The notes under the pieces: generated by a model
Databases searched by the model: none
What the model saw: only the letters and a program-made list of their open reading frames with translations
Told to the model about the DNA's origin: nothing
Shown here: positions 32,382-41,575 of the stretch, one piece after another
Position numbering within the stretch: the stretch's first letter is position 1
How the letters are laid out: the number at the start of each line of letters is the position of its first letter
DNA from: Opitutales bacterium
GTDB lineage: Bacteria > Verrucomicrobiota > Verrucomicrobiia > Opitutales > PNEW01
Direction of reading: 5' to 3'
Assembly (NCBI GenBank): GCA_965197745.1
Contig: CBDANS010000007.1
Span: 256,001 to 320,000, forward strand
Length of the DNA: 64,000 nt
Made by a program: the position numbers and the translations under genes

Positions 32382-33494
32382 TTAAGGGATTAAATGGTGG
32401 ATCTTTTCCAGAATGTCGATGGGGTGTTGCCGGGGCCGGACCGCCTCCATCTTTGCTTTTTCATCCTCGCGGGTTCGAGGGTTGTTCATCCAATCTTTCA
32501 GCATGTCCGGAAGCTGGCGTGCTCTATTTATGGTCCTTGCGAATCCATGCTTTTGGCAGTATTTCAACGTGATGTATTCCTGGGGCATGACTCCCCCCAT
32601 AGTATTATGTATTATTGGGCAACCGGTAACTATGGCTTCACTCGTGGTTCCAGTCCCGGGGCGAGCTAATATCGCTGAAGCGCCTTGTAGCAGTTGGTTC
32701 ATATTCTCGTGATACCCCAGGGGTGTGATTTGCCAATCGGAAAATTGATTTGCCCAGGATATTATTTTGCGGTGAGATTTTTTATTATAACCACAGAGAG
32801 CCGTTACTTCAGGTTTTAACGCTGCTCTTTTTAAAGCTTTTAAAAAAGATAAATGGTTGTGTGCGCTGTTCGCGCCTGTTGATAGAATGAGCTTAAAATT
32901 TTTATTATATTCTTCCTTTGTGGGGTGATTGTAAAATTCGGGTTTAAGGAGAAAACCCCCACACCAGTTTTTGTCTTTCGGCATTCCCCATTGCGTTGCG
33001 GCTTCACAGGTTTCTGGTACCGCGCCGATAAAGAGATCGCATTCCGAATTTACCCAGTGTTTGCTGAAACCATATCCCCCGTAGAGTTCGCCACAGTAGG
33101 TAACACATGCCAGTGGTGATTTTATTCCTTCTTGAGCCATTTTAAAAAACCCATGATTGAGATGTCCGTGGGTGCTTATAATTATCTGTGGCTGATAAGA
33201 TTTAATAAGTTTTCGATATTTGTTTTTACCCAGCAATCTCCCCTTCGATCGATGCATGGAGGCAAGCTCAAGATAATTGAAATAAAGATGGTGCAGGCGG
33301 GGAGATCTTTTCTGAATAAAATTATAAAGACTTACACCGAAAGCGTAGAGAGGGTGGGTTAACTCTAAGGCTGAGTGTATGGAGACTTCAAAATTAAACT
33401 TACGCGCATCATCCGTTTGTGCCCATGCTTTGAATGCCTGCGCGCGCATGTTATGGCCGCCGCCAGTGCTCGATGTCAAAATGAGAATTCGCAT
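32382..33494 (-). CDS. MGDG synthase-like / GT28 diacylglycerol glycosyltransferase
   Basis: LTSSTGGGH, IISTH, RPGTGTTSEA and MPQE. Confidence 0.8.
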   Translation of the reverse strand: MRILILTSSTGGGHNMRAQAFKAWAQTDDARKFNFEVSIHSALELTHPLYAFGVSLYNFIQKRSPRLHHLYFNYLELASMHRSKGRLLGKNKYRKLIKSYQPQIIISTHGHLNHGFFKMAQEGIKSPLACVTYCGELYGGYGFSKHWVNSECDLFIGAVPETCEAATQWGMPKDKNWCGGFLLKPEFYNHPTKEEYNKNFKLILSTGANSAHNHLSFLKALKRAALKPEVTALCGYNKKSHRKIISWANQFSDWQITPLGYHENMNQLLQGASAILARPGTGTTSEAIVTGCPIIHNTMGGVMPQEYITLKYCQKHGFARTINRARQLPDMLKDWMNNPRTREDEKAKMEAVRPRQHPIDILEKIHHLIP

Positions 33495-33622
33495 TATGGT
33501 GTAAAAGGTGGATCTGAAACCTGCCTATTCTAATTCCACTTGATTTTATGTTGGGTGCAAATCATTTAGTCCATGGGTATTCGAGTTATGGCGTAATTAT
33601 TTGTTATCTATGGTCATGCCTG

Positions 33623-33651
33623 TTGACTTAGAGACTTAAACGAACGATAAT
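33623..33651 (+). promoter_or_regulatory. Putative sigma70 promoter, implying a near-leaderless mRNA
   Basis: TTGACT-17 nt-GATAAT ending 9 nt before ATG 33661. Confidence 0.35.
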
Positions 33652-33660
33652 TAAAACGCC

Positions 33661-34590
33661 ATGTTGATCGCATCGCGTAAGCAGGTCTACTCTTTAGCGT
33701 CTCCCAGCGCTGGTTACATTCCGGAGGCGATAGGGGATGAAAAAACTATCCTGTGTCTGCACGAGGGAAAAGATCTGTCCGTTATTGTATATGAAGGAGG
33801 TGAACTCGCATTACGTTCAAATGGTCATACCCATAATGTTCATTCCGATGTAGTGGAATCGATTGAATGCGTCACCATCATAGGCGAAGTCCCCCCGCTG
33901 GTATTAATGGGAACGGAAGCGCCTCATCTCTATCAAATTTCAGATAATGGTAAACCAGCAAAACGTATGATTGCATTTGATCAACTTAATGCTCGCGATC
34001 AGTGGTATACACCGTGGGGAGGTCCTGCCTCCGTGCGCAGCATCGCCCACACAGGCGATTGGGTCTATGCCGATATCCACGTTGGCAGCATCATGCGTTC
34101 CCCCGATCGTGGCACTACCTGGGAACCGGTGAAACCAACCTTACACGAAGATGTCCACCAGGTAATTACCTCTCATCTTGCCGAAACGCGTGTTTATGCC
34201 AATACGGCAGACGCTGTTTATGTCAGCGAGGACCATGGGAACTCATGGGAACATCGTGCCAGTGGTCTGAGCGCTCGCTATGGTCGTGCCATCGCAGTGC
34301 ATCCCCATGAACCGGACTGCCTCCTCGCAACCGTGAGTCAAGGTCCCGGATCTGATGTTAATGGTCAGCTCTATCGCTCAGATAATGTGGGGCGCACCTG
34401 GTCCCATGTTACTTCCGGGTTTCCTCCTTCAACCTATAATAATATCGACACATTCCAGGTCACTTTTTCATCAGATGGCACGGCATGGGCGGTAGTAGAA
34501 AAGGTCCTTTATAAAAGTGATGACCGGGGTAATACCTGGGAGATCTCCTGGGAAGCTTCGGATGAAATAATAATGCTTTCATGCGCATGA
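33661..34590 (+). CDS. BNR/Asp-box repeat beta-propeller protein
   Basis: Repeated Asp-boxes SPDRGTTW, SEDHGNSW, SDNVGRTW and SDDRGNTW. Confidence 0.8.
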   Translation: MLIASRKQVYSLASPSAGYIPEAIGDEKTILCLHEGKDLSVIVYEGGELALRSNGHTHNVHSDVVESIECVTIIGEVPPLVLMGTEAPHLYQISDNGKPAKRMIAFDQLNARDQWYTPWGGPASVRSIAHTGDWVYADIHVGSIMRSPDRGTTWEPVKPTLHEDVHQVITSHLAETRVYANTADAVYVSEDHGNSWEHRASGLSARYGRAIAVHPHEPDCLLATVSQGPGSDVNGQLYRSDNVGRTWSHVTSGFPPSTYNNIDTFQVTFSSDGTAWAVVEKVLYKSDDRGNTWEISWEASDEIIMLSCA

Positions 34591-34621
34591 TCATCACTTG
34601 TCCACTCAGAGAATTTTAAAT

Positions 34622-35410
34622 TTAATTTTTTCTCAACCAGCAAAACGAGTCTAGGAGAAAGAGAGAAATGCGTTGCTGGAATTTGAGTTTCATATAGGCA
34701 GTACCATCTTTAGGGGTGTAGCCAAGAAGCTTACAAGTTTGCCTGATATCGTATTGGCATTGGTAGTGACGTGAGAATCCATGAGCTATCGCAAAATCTA
34801 TCCCGTCAACTTCAATGCACTGTTCAATTAAATGAGCAGAATCTCCTAGCGTAATCCAATTTGCTCGCTTTATCGGATCATTTTCAGGCGCTTTTTCTAC
34901 AATACCACCGAAGCGAATACAGAGAGAGGAAAGACGATGCATATGAAAGAAACTTTGTGCTAGAGCCTCGCCAAAAACCTTGCATGAGCCATATACATAC
35001 AACGGGTTTGGGGCAGATTTCGGGGTAACTCTCATTCCATCGGGATACCCATTTATCGCGTTCACGCTGCTCGCATAAATAACGCGGCGACATCCCTGAT
35101 CCGCAGCTGCCCGGTATATGTTATATACCCCTATGACATTACATGCTAATAAGGTATCGTAAAAATCAGCTTTTTGCGATGGATCCGCGGCCAAATGGAC
35201 CACCGTGTCCATTCCCTTACATGCCATCTGCATATCCTCAAGTTTGCTGATATCCAGCTTTTGGAAATCCGTATTCTTCTTTAATGGATAATCTAAATTG
35301 CGAATATCCGTTAATCGAAGATCGTAACGATCCTGCCATTGGCACCCCAAATAACCGCCTAGATTTCCCGCGGCGCCTGTTATTAAAACTTTTCTCTTGG
35401 ATTCAGACAT
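34622..35410 (-). CDS. NAD(P)-dependent SDR (uronate dehydrogenase-like)
   Basis: LITGAAGNLG, VVHLAA, YASS and YGSCK; start taken at ATG 35410. Confidence 0.8.
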   Translation of the reverse strand: MSESKRKVLITGAAGNLGGYLGCQWQDRYDLRLTDIRNLDYPLKKNTDFQKLDISKLEDMQMACKGMDTVVHLAADPSQKADFYDTLLACNVIGVYNIYRAAADQGCRRVIYASSVNAINGYPDGMRVTPKSAPNPLYVYGSCKVFGEALAQSFFHMHRLSSLCIRFGGIVEKAPENDPIKRANWITLGDSAHLIEQCIEVDGIDFAIAHGFSRHYQCQYDIRQTCKLLGYTPKDGTAYMKLKFQQRISLFLLDSFCWLRKN

Positions 35411-35477
35411 TAAAGATCTCAAAAAGGGGATTATCACAGGTTGTGATGTAAAACCCCGCGATATTTACAATCTTAAT

Positions 35478-36659
35478 TTAATGTTCAGCACTTTGGCTAC
35501 CAGTGTGCTGTGCATGACTGGTCGTAAAACGCATCTTTATTCGCTCCCATAATTTAGCAACCACAAAGAGCGGTATTTGCCATGGGTTTTTTAAACCCCA
35601 GATATCCTGAAGGTAACCGGGAAATCCAAAAATCTTTTGTCGTAAACTGCTATTTTTTACCAGTCTTAAATAATTAAAACAGTGCCCGGGAAATACACCT
35701 AAGATACCAATTGGTTTATCTTTAAGGCGATATTCCATGCGTTCGATTAAGGGATGGGGAACATCATCGAGGGTTTCCAGAACCCACGGGGGCACCGAGA
35801 CGTTAAAGTTCATTTTTATATAATTTAAGGTGTCCCTTAGGGGTAGGGTAAGCCAACGATTAGTGGCTTGCCTCACGAGGCGATCCCAGTCTACTTCAGC
35901 AGATGATGTTCTGAAAATAATCATGGCATCAGCTATCCAGCGAATGGGCGGAGTCAGATTCCACCTGGCCCCATGAACACAAACATGAAAAAGCAGATCG
36001 GTGGCATTTTCACATCGAGTGGGTACACCCACAAAATCTGTTTCGACGGATCCAGACCAGACAGGATCGTCAGCGTGAGGTTGTCGGCCCTGGGGAAAAA
36101 GATACCAGTGCACGTCGATTGCCTGTCCGCGTTCATTGACAAATGATCCCGCATTGCTGCGACTGAGTATCTTGTCGATGGTCATCCATTCATCTTTTAA
36201 GTGCCACCTATTATCTAATAACAGATTGATAGCCTCTTTGGCTTTCGAGACTGGGATTAATATATCGATATCGTCCATGGGACGTAAGCCGTGATCACGA
36301 TAGTGCATCAGGACCAACGCTCCTCCTTTTAAAATCATGGTCTCAATCCCTTTTTGCTGCAGGGCTTCTAGAAGCGGAGCGGTTTGATGAAAGAGTAACT
36401 GATTTTGGGCCCAATGATAGCGGTAGACTCCTTTCATCTTTTTCATCATAGGATCATCAATTCCTGCTTGGGTCAGGTTGTGATGAAGAAGGGGCAACAA
36501 CCGATGGGAACCGGGATCTAATTTTTCAATGTCAATTTTTGATCTCCACGAGTACCAGGCGCTTTCCACTTCATCCTTGCTCAGTAGGCAGGCCCGAAGC
36601 ATTAACTCCTGTTCCTGGTTCGGCCAGAAACCCTTCGCCTTAATCTTTTTCCCCCTCAC
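35478..36659 (-). CDS. Nucleotidyltransferase family protein (NTP_transf_5-like)
   Basis: ILKGGAL...RPMDDIDIL, IDVHW, HVCVHG and RWIAD; GTG start overlaps the upstream TGA. Confidence 0.82.
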   Translation of the reverse strand: MRGKKIKAKGFWPNQEQELMLRACLLSKDEVESAWYSWRSKIDIEKLDPGSHRLLPLLHHNLTQAGIDDPMMKKMKGVYRYHWAQNQLLFHQTAPLLEALQQKGIETMILKGGALVLMHYRDHGLRPMDDIDILIPVSKAKEAINLLLDNRWHLKDEWMTIDKILSRSNAGSFVNERGQAIDVHWYLFPQGRQPHADDPVWSGSVETDFVGVPTRCENATDLLFHVCVHGARWNLTPPIRWIADAMIIFRTSSAEVDWDRLVRQATNRWLTLPLRDTLNYIKMNFNVSVPPWVLETLDDVPHPLIERMEYRLKDKPIGILGVFPGHCFNYLRLVKNSSLRQKIFGFPGYLQDIWGLKNPWQIPLFVVAKLWERIKMRFTTSHAQHTGSQSAEH

Positions 36660-37357
36660 TCTGAAGCTCTACCTTGCTCTTTTCGCCTGCGATCGAGAGA
36701 TGCTTTTATAATATTAGTAAACTCGGTAATTGAATCGCGTTTGTGCAGCATCGTATTAGACGTATGCAATCTTCGGCGCATGACCAAATCGGGTATTACA
36801 TTTATCTTGAGATCAAGTTCTTTGGCACGTAGGTACCAGCTCATAAATTCTCCAACCCCTAATTGCGTTTCAAATAATCCTACGCGAAAAAAAGCATCTC
36901 GTTTTACTAACATCGTGCCACAATGAATGCCCGCGATCACCTCATCAGGACAGTATAATTTTTTTTTCGCCTCACCATCTAAATCCGGGCTTATAAACTG
37001 TTCCAGATGTCCAAATGCAATATCCAAAGTGAGATCAGCGTTGAAGGCCTCAATTTGCAAAGATAGCTTATCTTTTGTCCATAAATCATCACCATCAAGA
37101 AATGCTAATAAATTTCCGTTTGCCTTTTCCACCCCAAGATTGCGAGCCGCGGCGATTCCTGCGTTAGGTTGAAAATAATAGTTTAGAGCATCCCCATAAG
37201 ATTGGGCAATTTTTGCGCTATCGTCAGACGAACCGTCATCAATGACAATAGTTTCATACGGTTGAGAGGTTTGATTGAGTACGCTTTCTATTGATTCCGC
37301 GAAGTAATTTTCGCCGTTGTAGATGGGAATGATAACGCTAACCCGAGGCTTATCCAT
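36656..37357 (-). CDS. Family 2 glycosyltransferase
   Basis: VSVIIPIYN, IDDGSSD, AAARNLG and FLDGDD. Confidence 0.9.
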   Translation of the reverse strand: MDKPRVSVIIPIYNGENYFAESIESVLNQTSQPYETIVIDDGSSDDSAKIAQSYGDALNYYFQPNAGIAAARNLGVEKANGNLLAFLDGDDLWTKDKLSLQIEAFNADLTLDIAFGHLEQFISPDLDGEAKKKLYCPDEVIAGIHCGTMLVKRDAFFRVGLFETQLGVGEFMSWYLRAKELDLKINVIPDLVMRRRLHTSNTMLHKRDSITEFTNIIKASLDRRRKEQGRASE

Positions 37358-38138
37358 TATGATGAGGGCCTTTTCCTGCCTCTTTTTGACGATCTTTGCT
37401 CGTGGCGACAAGAAAGTTGGATAGACTGGGTAGGGATGTCGCTTTACCCTTACTTTGTTTGCGGCGACGGTCTAATGATTTTTTTATCACTTCCATCAAA
37501 TTTAATTCCTGCCAGTGGTTTATTTTTTGAGTGGTATTATTCTCGTGTCTTCGATAGAGCAGTGAAACCTGGGGCACGGTGATGATCTTTACGCCACTTT
37601 CTCTGAAGCGAAAAAACCAATCTACATCTTCGCTCAAACGAAGGTCTGAATTAAATAAACCAATATTTTCAAAAACTGATTTTTTAACGATATAACTGCC
37701 CATGAGGGGAGCGAGAATGGGTTCACCCAGATTCTCAAACTCTATTTTTTCATCGTCGATCTGAACTTCGCGCACAAGCTGAGTTTGTCCCATTACTAAA
37801 TCGACTTCGGAGTCGTCAAAATAGGGGAGTTGCCGTGATAAATTATTGGATGCCCACATGTCGTCCGCATCCAGAAATCCAATAATTTTACTTCGTGAAA
37901 TACTAAACCCGTGATTGCGTGCAGCCGCGGCCCCCTGGTTCTCCTGGTAAATATATTTAATGCCTTCACTAAATGACCTGGCAATCTCTCCGGTTTTATC
38001 GGTCGAACCATCATCGACAATAATAATTTCCAGGGAAGAGTGTTTTTGTTGAAAGATACTATTCAGGGCGGTAGGGAGTACCCTTTCTCCATTATAAACG
38101 GGTATTATAACACTGATCGATGGCGGCTCAACGGACAT
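37350..38138 (-). CDS. Family 2 glycosyltransferase
   Basis: ISVIIPVYN, VDDGSTD, FLDADD, SEDVDW and YRRH. Confidence 0.9.
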   Translation of the reverse strand: MSVEPPSISVIIPVYNGERVLPTALNSIFQQKHSSLEIIIVDDGSTDKTGEIARSFSEGIKYIYQENQGAAAARNHGFSISRSKIIGFLDADDMWASNNLSRQLPYFDDSEVDLVMGQTQLVREVQIDDEKIEFENLGEPILAPLMGSYIVKKSVFENIGLFNSDLRLSEDVDWFFRFRESGVKIITVPQVSLLYRRHENNTTQKINHWQELNLMEVIKKSLDRRRKQSKGKATSLPSLSNFLVATSKDRQKEAGKGPHHNG

Positions 38139-39237
38139 TAATATTTTCAGTAAGGAGTTGTGTAATCACTTCTGGTATGGTGGATAGGTTTGTGCCCAGT
38201 TCCAGTTGATAAGATTGAACTTTTGTAACCAGATTTGCCATCGTGCGAAAAGCCTGTTCACCGGCGCCGGGTAATTGAAAAATCGTGCTCGGCGCCAGTT
38301 CTCTTAATGCCATGGCTGGAGTCGTCTTAGAAAATTTGGATGCGGATAACCCCGTGATTCGTGGTAAAAGTATCGCTTTTATCGGCAGATTGGAAGTGAA
38401 TTGTCGTTCGTAGTTATCATATAAATACAATAGCGCTTTCTCATCCAATGCTCCATCGTCATTAATAATGTTCTGCTTAAGATGAGTGAATCTTTGTAAA
38501 TTGTCTGGTTTTAGTTTTGCCACACAATAAAGACTAAATACCTCGGGAGTTTTTTCAGTGCTGATAAGAGAATAGTCATCACCAAGATATAATAATCCAG
38601 CATCGAGGCATGCCAAGGAAGAGGACGATTTACCCGAACCACCTTTACCTACCAACAAAACTGCACCTTCTCGTGTTCCTACCGCCGCAGCATGCATGAT
38701 CTGTCGTTGATGGTTACTTAGCCATAAGTGAAGTATGGTACGAAGGGGATAAGCCATTTCATAATAGGCAATACGCGATGCATCCGCGGCCCAGAAAATT
38801 GCAACATTTTCCTTCATATCAATAATACTAAGGATGTTACTATCAATTTGAAATACCGTATGAATCCTGGCGTTGTTGTTATATTTAATTTCTTCTCGAG
38901 GTGAGTAATCGTCGCTATGCCAGGGAGGGGTGGGCATGGAAATGCCTGATGATTTACTGTCCCACAAGTAAATAGTAAGCGATTTTTTCGGGGTGGGAGC
39001 TGTCCTCAAGTGGGAGAGCGCCAGGGTGGTTGGGGTAACCAAGGTTCGACCCGCAAACTGTAGTAAAATATTGTATCCTCCCACCTCATAATATTGGTCA
39101 ATAACCTCTCCTTCATTTTCTTTCGCACGATTAAAATTTGCGCGTGCGATTTTGAAATATTCTAACGGTCTAAAGTTGCTTTTGTCCTCAGCCCCGTTTT
39201 CAGTTTTCAATGGGGACATCTTCTCGGAATTCGGCAT
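38128..39237 (-). CDS. HPr-kinase-related P-loop Ser kinase (lasso-peptide-kinase-like)
   Basis: MHAAAV (catalytic His), Walker A GKGGSGKS and YLGDDY (DD motif). Confidence 0.8.
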   Translation of the reverse strand: MPNSEKMSPLKTENGAEDKSNFRPLEYFKIARANFNRAKENEGEVIDQYYEVGGYNILLQFAGRTLVTPTTLALSHLRTAPTPKKSLTIYLWDSKSSGISMPTPPWHSDDYSPREEIKYNNNARIHTVFQIDSNILSIIDMKENVAIFWAADASRIAYYEMAYPLRTILHLWLSNHQRQIMHAAAVGTREGAVLLVGKGGSGKSSSSLACLDAGLLYLGDDYSLISTEKTPEVFSLYCVAKLKPDNLQRFTHLKQNIINDDGALDEKALLYLYDNYERQFTSNLPIKAILLPRITGLSASKFSKTTPAMALRELAPSTIFQLPGAGEQAFRTMANLVTKVQSYQLELGTNLSTIPEVITQLLTENINVR

Positions 39238-39267
39238 TTGCTTGGAATATAACCCGAATTTGTGGGG

Positions 39268-39723
39268 TCACTTTATTTCCTTAGGATTAGTTCGAGGCCA
39301 TCCCATTTCGTCAACTTCGTGGATGGGGTCGATGAGCAGGAGCTCCTGCATGTCCGTAAATTTTTGTAATGTTGGTCTTTCAAATGGAAGTTTATCAATA
39401 TTTTTATCATCTGTTGAATTTTCATCGGGTGAAGATTGATCGTCATTATTAATCTCTGAAGATGTAACTAACGAATCATTTTTAAGTTCATCAACGAATC
39501 GGGTAACTTCATCATTAATATTAATCCCATTGCTTAAATATTCTTTATTCAAAGTATTGACGATGTAATCTACGGTGGTCGTATTTTCCAGGAGGTTCCA
39601 TATGCGAACGCCGACATTGAGCAAACTGTAATAATCTCCAGTATTAAGATTGATAATGACAACTTCACCTTCGATATTCTGGTGAACAATGTTGGGCTGA
39701 TTAATTTGAAATTGTGGGGGCAT
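39268..39723 (-). CDS. PqqD-family/RRE protein with acidic linker and C-terminal leader/core-like peptide
   Basis: RRE pattern EGEVVIINLNTGDYYSL...IWNLL...EVTRFVDELKNDSLV followed by the tail FERPTLQKFTDMQELLLIDPIHEVDEMGWP. Confidence 0.82.
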   Translation of the reverse strand: MPPQFQINQPNIVHQNIEGEVVIINLNTGDYYSLLNVGVRIWNLLENTTTVDYIVNTLNKEYLSNGININDEVTRFVDELKNDSLVTSSEINNDDQSSPDENSTDDKNIDKLPFERPTLQKFTDMQELLLIDPIHEVDEMGWPRTNPKEIK

Positions 39724-39898
39724 TGTTGAATTAATTTCTAGAACAGAAAATAAATAAATAATATATTGAATTATGAATTAGTTTGGTTGCCCATAATATA
39801 TGATCTCCTTACTTAATCAATTTATAAATCTTATCCATTATATAAAAATGATAACCTGCTTTCCCTGTAGTCATGTCATCATATAAAATACCTCTATC

Positions 39899-41107
39899 TT
39901 GATCAAGATGGCAGAGATGAAGGTCATACGTAAAATCATGCGTGATCCGCTGATTTTACCTGTTTACCTTCCTTCATTAATGGGTGCATTCAGCAGCGGT
40001 CTGCTCGTTCCGATTATCCCGCTTTATATTGTAAGCTTTGATGTTTCATACGGCCTGGTCGGATTGGCTCTTGCCAGTCAAAGTATTGGGACGATGTTGT
40101 GCGATGTTCCGAGCGGGTTGCTCTTGAGAAAATTTGGGGTAAAACGTTCAATGCTTGTGGGGATTGCCTTTATCACGCTTTCAACCTTCGCTCTTTATTG
40201 GTCCACCAACATTATCGAGGTTATAGCCCTACGCCTTTCTTCCGGATTGGGAATGGCGCTATATGGTATCGCCAGACATAACTATATAGCCGAAACTATT
40301 GTTATTAACTACCGCGGTCGGGCCAGTGCCCTCTTTGGTGGCGTTAATCGGGTGGGAAAGTTTACGGGGCCTGCGATAGGTGGATTTGTGGCTGCTGCTT
40401 TCGGTTTGCAAACCGTCTTTATTCTTTTCAGTGCTGTTTTTATATTTATATTTATCATTGTCACAGTCGTCGTAGACGAAAAATACTCAGCTTCCATTAA
40501 ATCCACCACGCTGCATGGCAATAGCATATACAAAACGCTGAAATCAGAGTACCGCATTCTCCTAACAGCCGGGCTTGGGCAGCTTTTTGCACAGATGATT
40601 CGGGCGGGAGTGATTGTGGTTATTCCTCTTTATGCTGCTGAAGTAATCGGTCTTAAAGTAGAGGTTATCGGGCTCATCGTCAGTATTGCCGCAGCGGTAG
40701 ACATGTCTTTATTTTATCCTGCCGGATTGCTTATGGACCGCCTCGGGAGAAAATATGCGATCATTCCTTGTTTTTTTATCCAGGCCGTTGGATTGGGACT
40801 ATTGCCGTTCACCGATAGCTATAACACGCTTTTAATAGTCGCTGTCTTAATCAGTATTGGAAACGGTCTTGGCTCGGGAACAATGCTCACATTGGGAACA
40901 GATTTCGCTCCAGAAAATTCACGCGCTGAGTTTCTCAGCCTCTGGCGATTTATTCATTCTGTGGGACAAACCGGTGCTCCTGTGCTTATCGGTACCGTCG
41001 CGGCCATTATTACGATGCAGGCCGCAGTGTGGTCAATATCCGCCACCGGTCTTCTCGCGGTATTTATATTTGCTTTTCATGTCCCGGAGACCCTTAAAAG
41101 AAAATAA
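39899..41107 (+). CDS. MFS transporter (efflux-like)
   Basis: 12 hydrophobic segments and motif A-like GLLMDRLGRK; divergent from the PqqD operon. Start uncertain (39899/39908). Confidence 0.88.
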   Translation: MIKMAEMKVIRKIMRDPLILPVYLPSLMGAFSSGLLVPIIPLYIVSFDVSYGLVGLALASQSIGTMLCDVPSGLLLRKFGVKRSMLVGIAFITLSTFALYWSTNIIEVIALRLSSGLGMALYGIARHNYIAETIVINYRGRASALFGGVNRVGKFTGPAIGGFVAAAFGLQTVFILFSAVFIFIFIIVTVVVDEKYSASIKSTTLHGNSIYKTLKSEYRILLTAGLGQLFAQMIRAGVIVVIPLYAAEVIGLKVEVIGLIVSIAAAVDMSLFYPAGLLMDRLGRKYAIIPCFFIQAVGLGLLPFTDSYNTLLIVAVLISIGNGLGSGTMLTLGTDFAPENSRAEFLSLWRFIHSVGQTGAPVLIGTVAAIITMQAAVWSISATGLLAVFIFAFHVPETLKRK

Positions 41108-41163
41108 GGAGCAGGGTCTTCTGCAATTTGCTAAATAATAATTCTGAATTCCCGATTAATATA

Positions 41164-41547
41164 TCATTCTTCTAAGAATTTTTCGTAATCGGGTGCAGAA
41201 AGAAGGGACTCGTTTTCGTCTTCATCAGAAATTTTAATTTTAATCAACCATCCCCCTTCATAAGGTTCATCATTTGCCAGCTCGGGTGCGCTTTCCAGTT
41301 CGCCGTTAACCTCTTGAATATCACCGCTGACCGGCATATAAAGGTCAGAAGCGGCTTTAACCGATTCAATTACGCCAAAAGTGTCCCCTTCTTTAAAAGA
41401 GCTTCCAGGTGAGGGTAATTCGATAAAAGTTATATCACCGAGACTTTCCTGAGCAAAATCGGTGATGCCAATAATACCTATACCATTCACAATTTTTATC
41501 CATTCGTGTTCCTGGGTATACTTAAGTTCTGTGGGTATCTTACTCAT
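41164..41547 (-). CDS. gcvH: Glycine cleavage system H protein
   Basis: HEWI, IGITDFAQESLGD, ESVKAASD (lipoyl Lys) and PYEGGWL. Confidence 0.96.
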   Translation of the reverse strand: MSKIPTELKYTQEHEWIKIVNGIGIIGITDFAQESLGDITFIELPSPGSSFKEGDTFGVIESVKAASDLYMPVSGDIQEVNGELESAPELANDEPYEGGWLIKIKISDEDENESLLSAPDYEKFLEE

Positions 41548-41575
41548 AAATTTTAAAAAAAACTGGTGTGAAATA

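Noticed and set aside
35478..39723. Canonical lasso peptide cluster
   Set aside because: There is no asparagine-synthetase-like cyclase, transglutaminase-like peptidase or separate precursor with the conserved Thr in the window.
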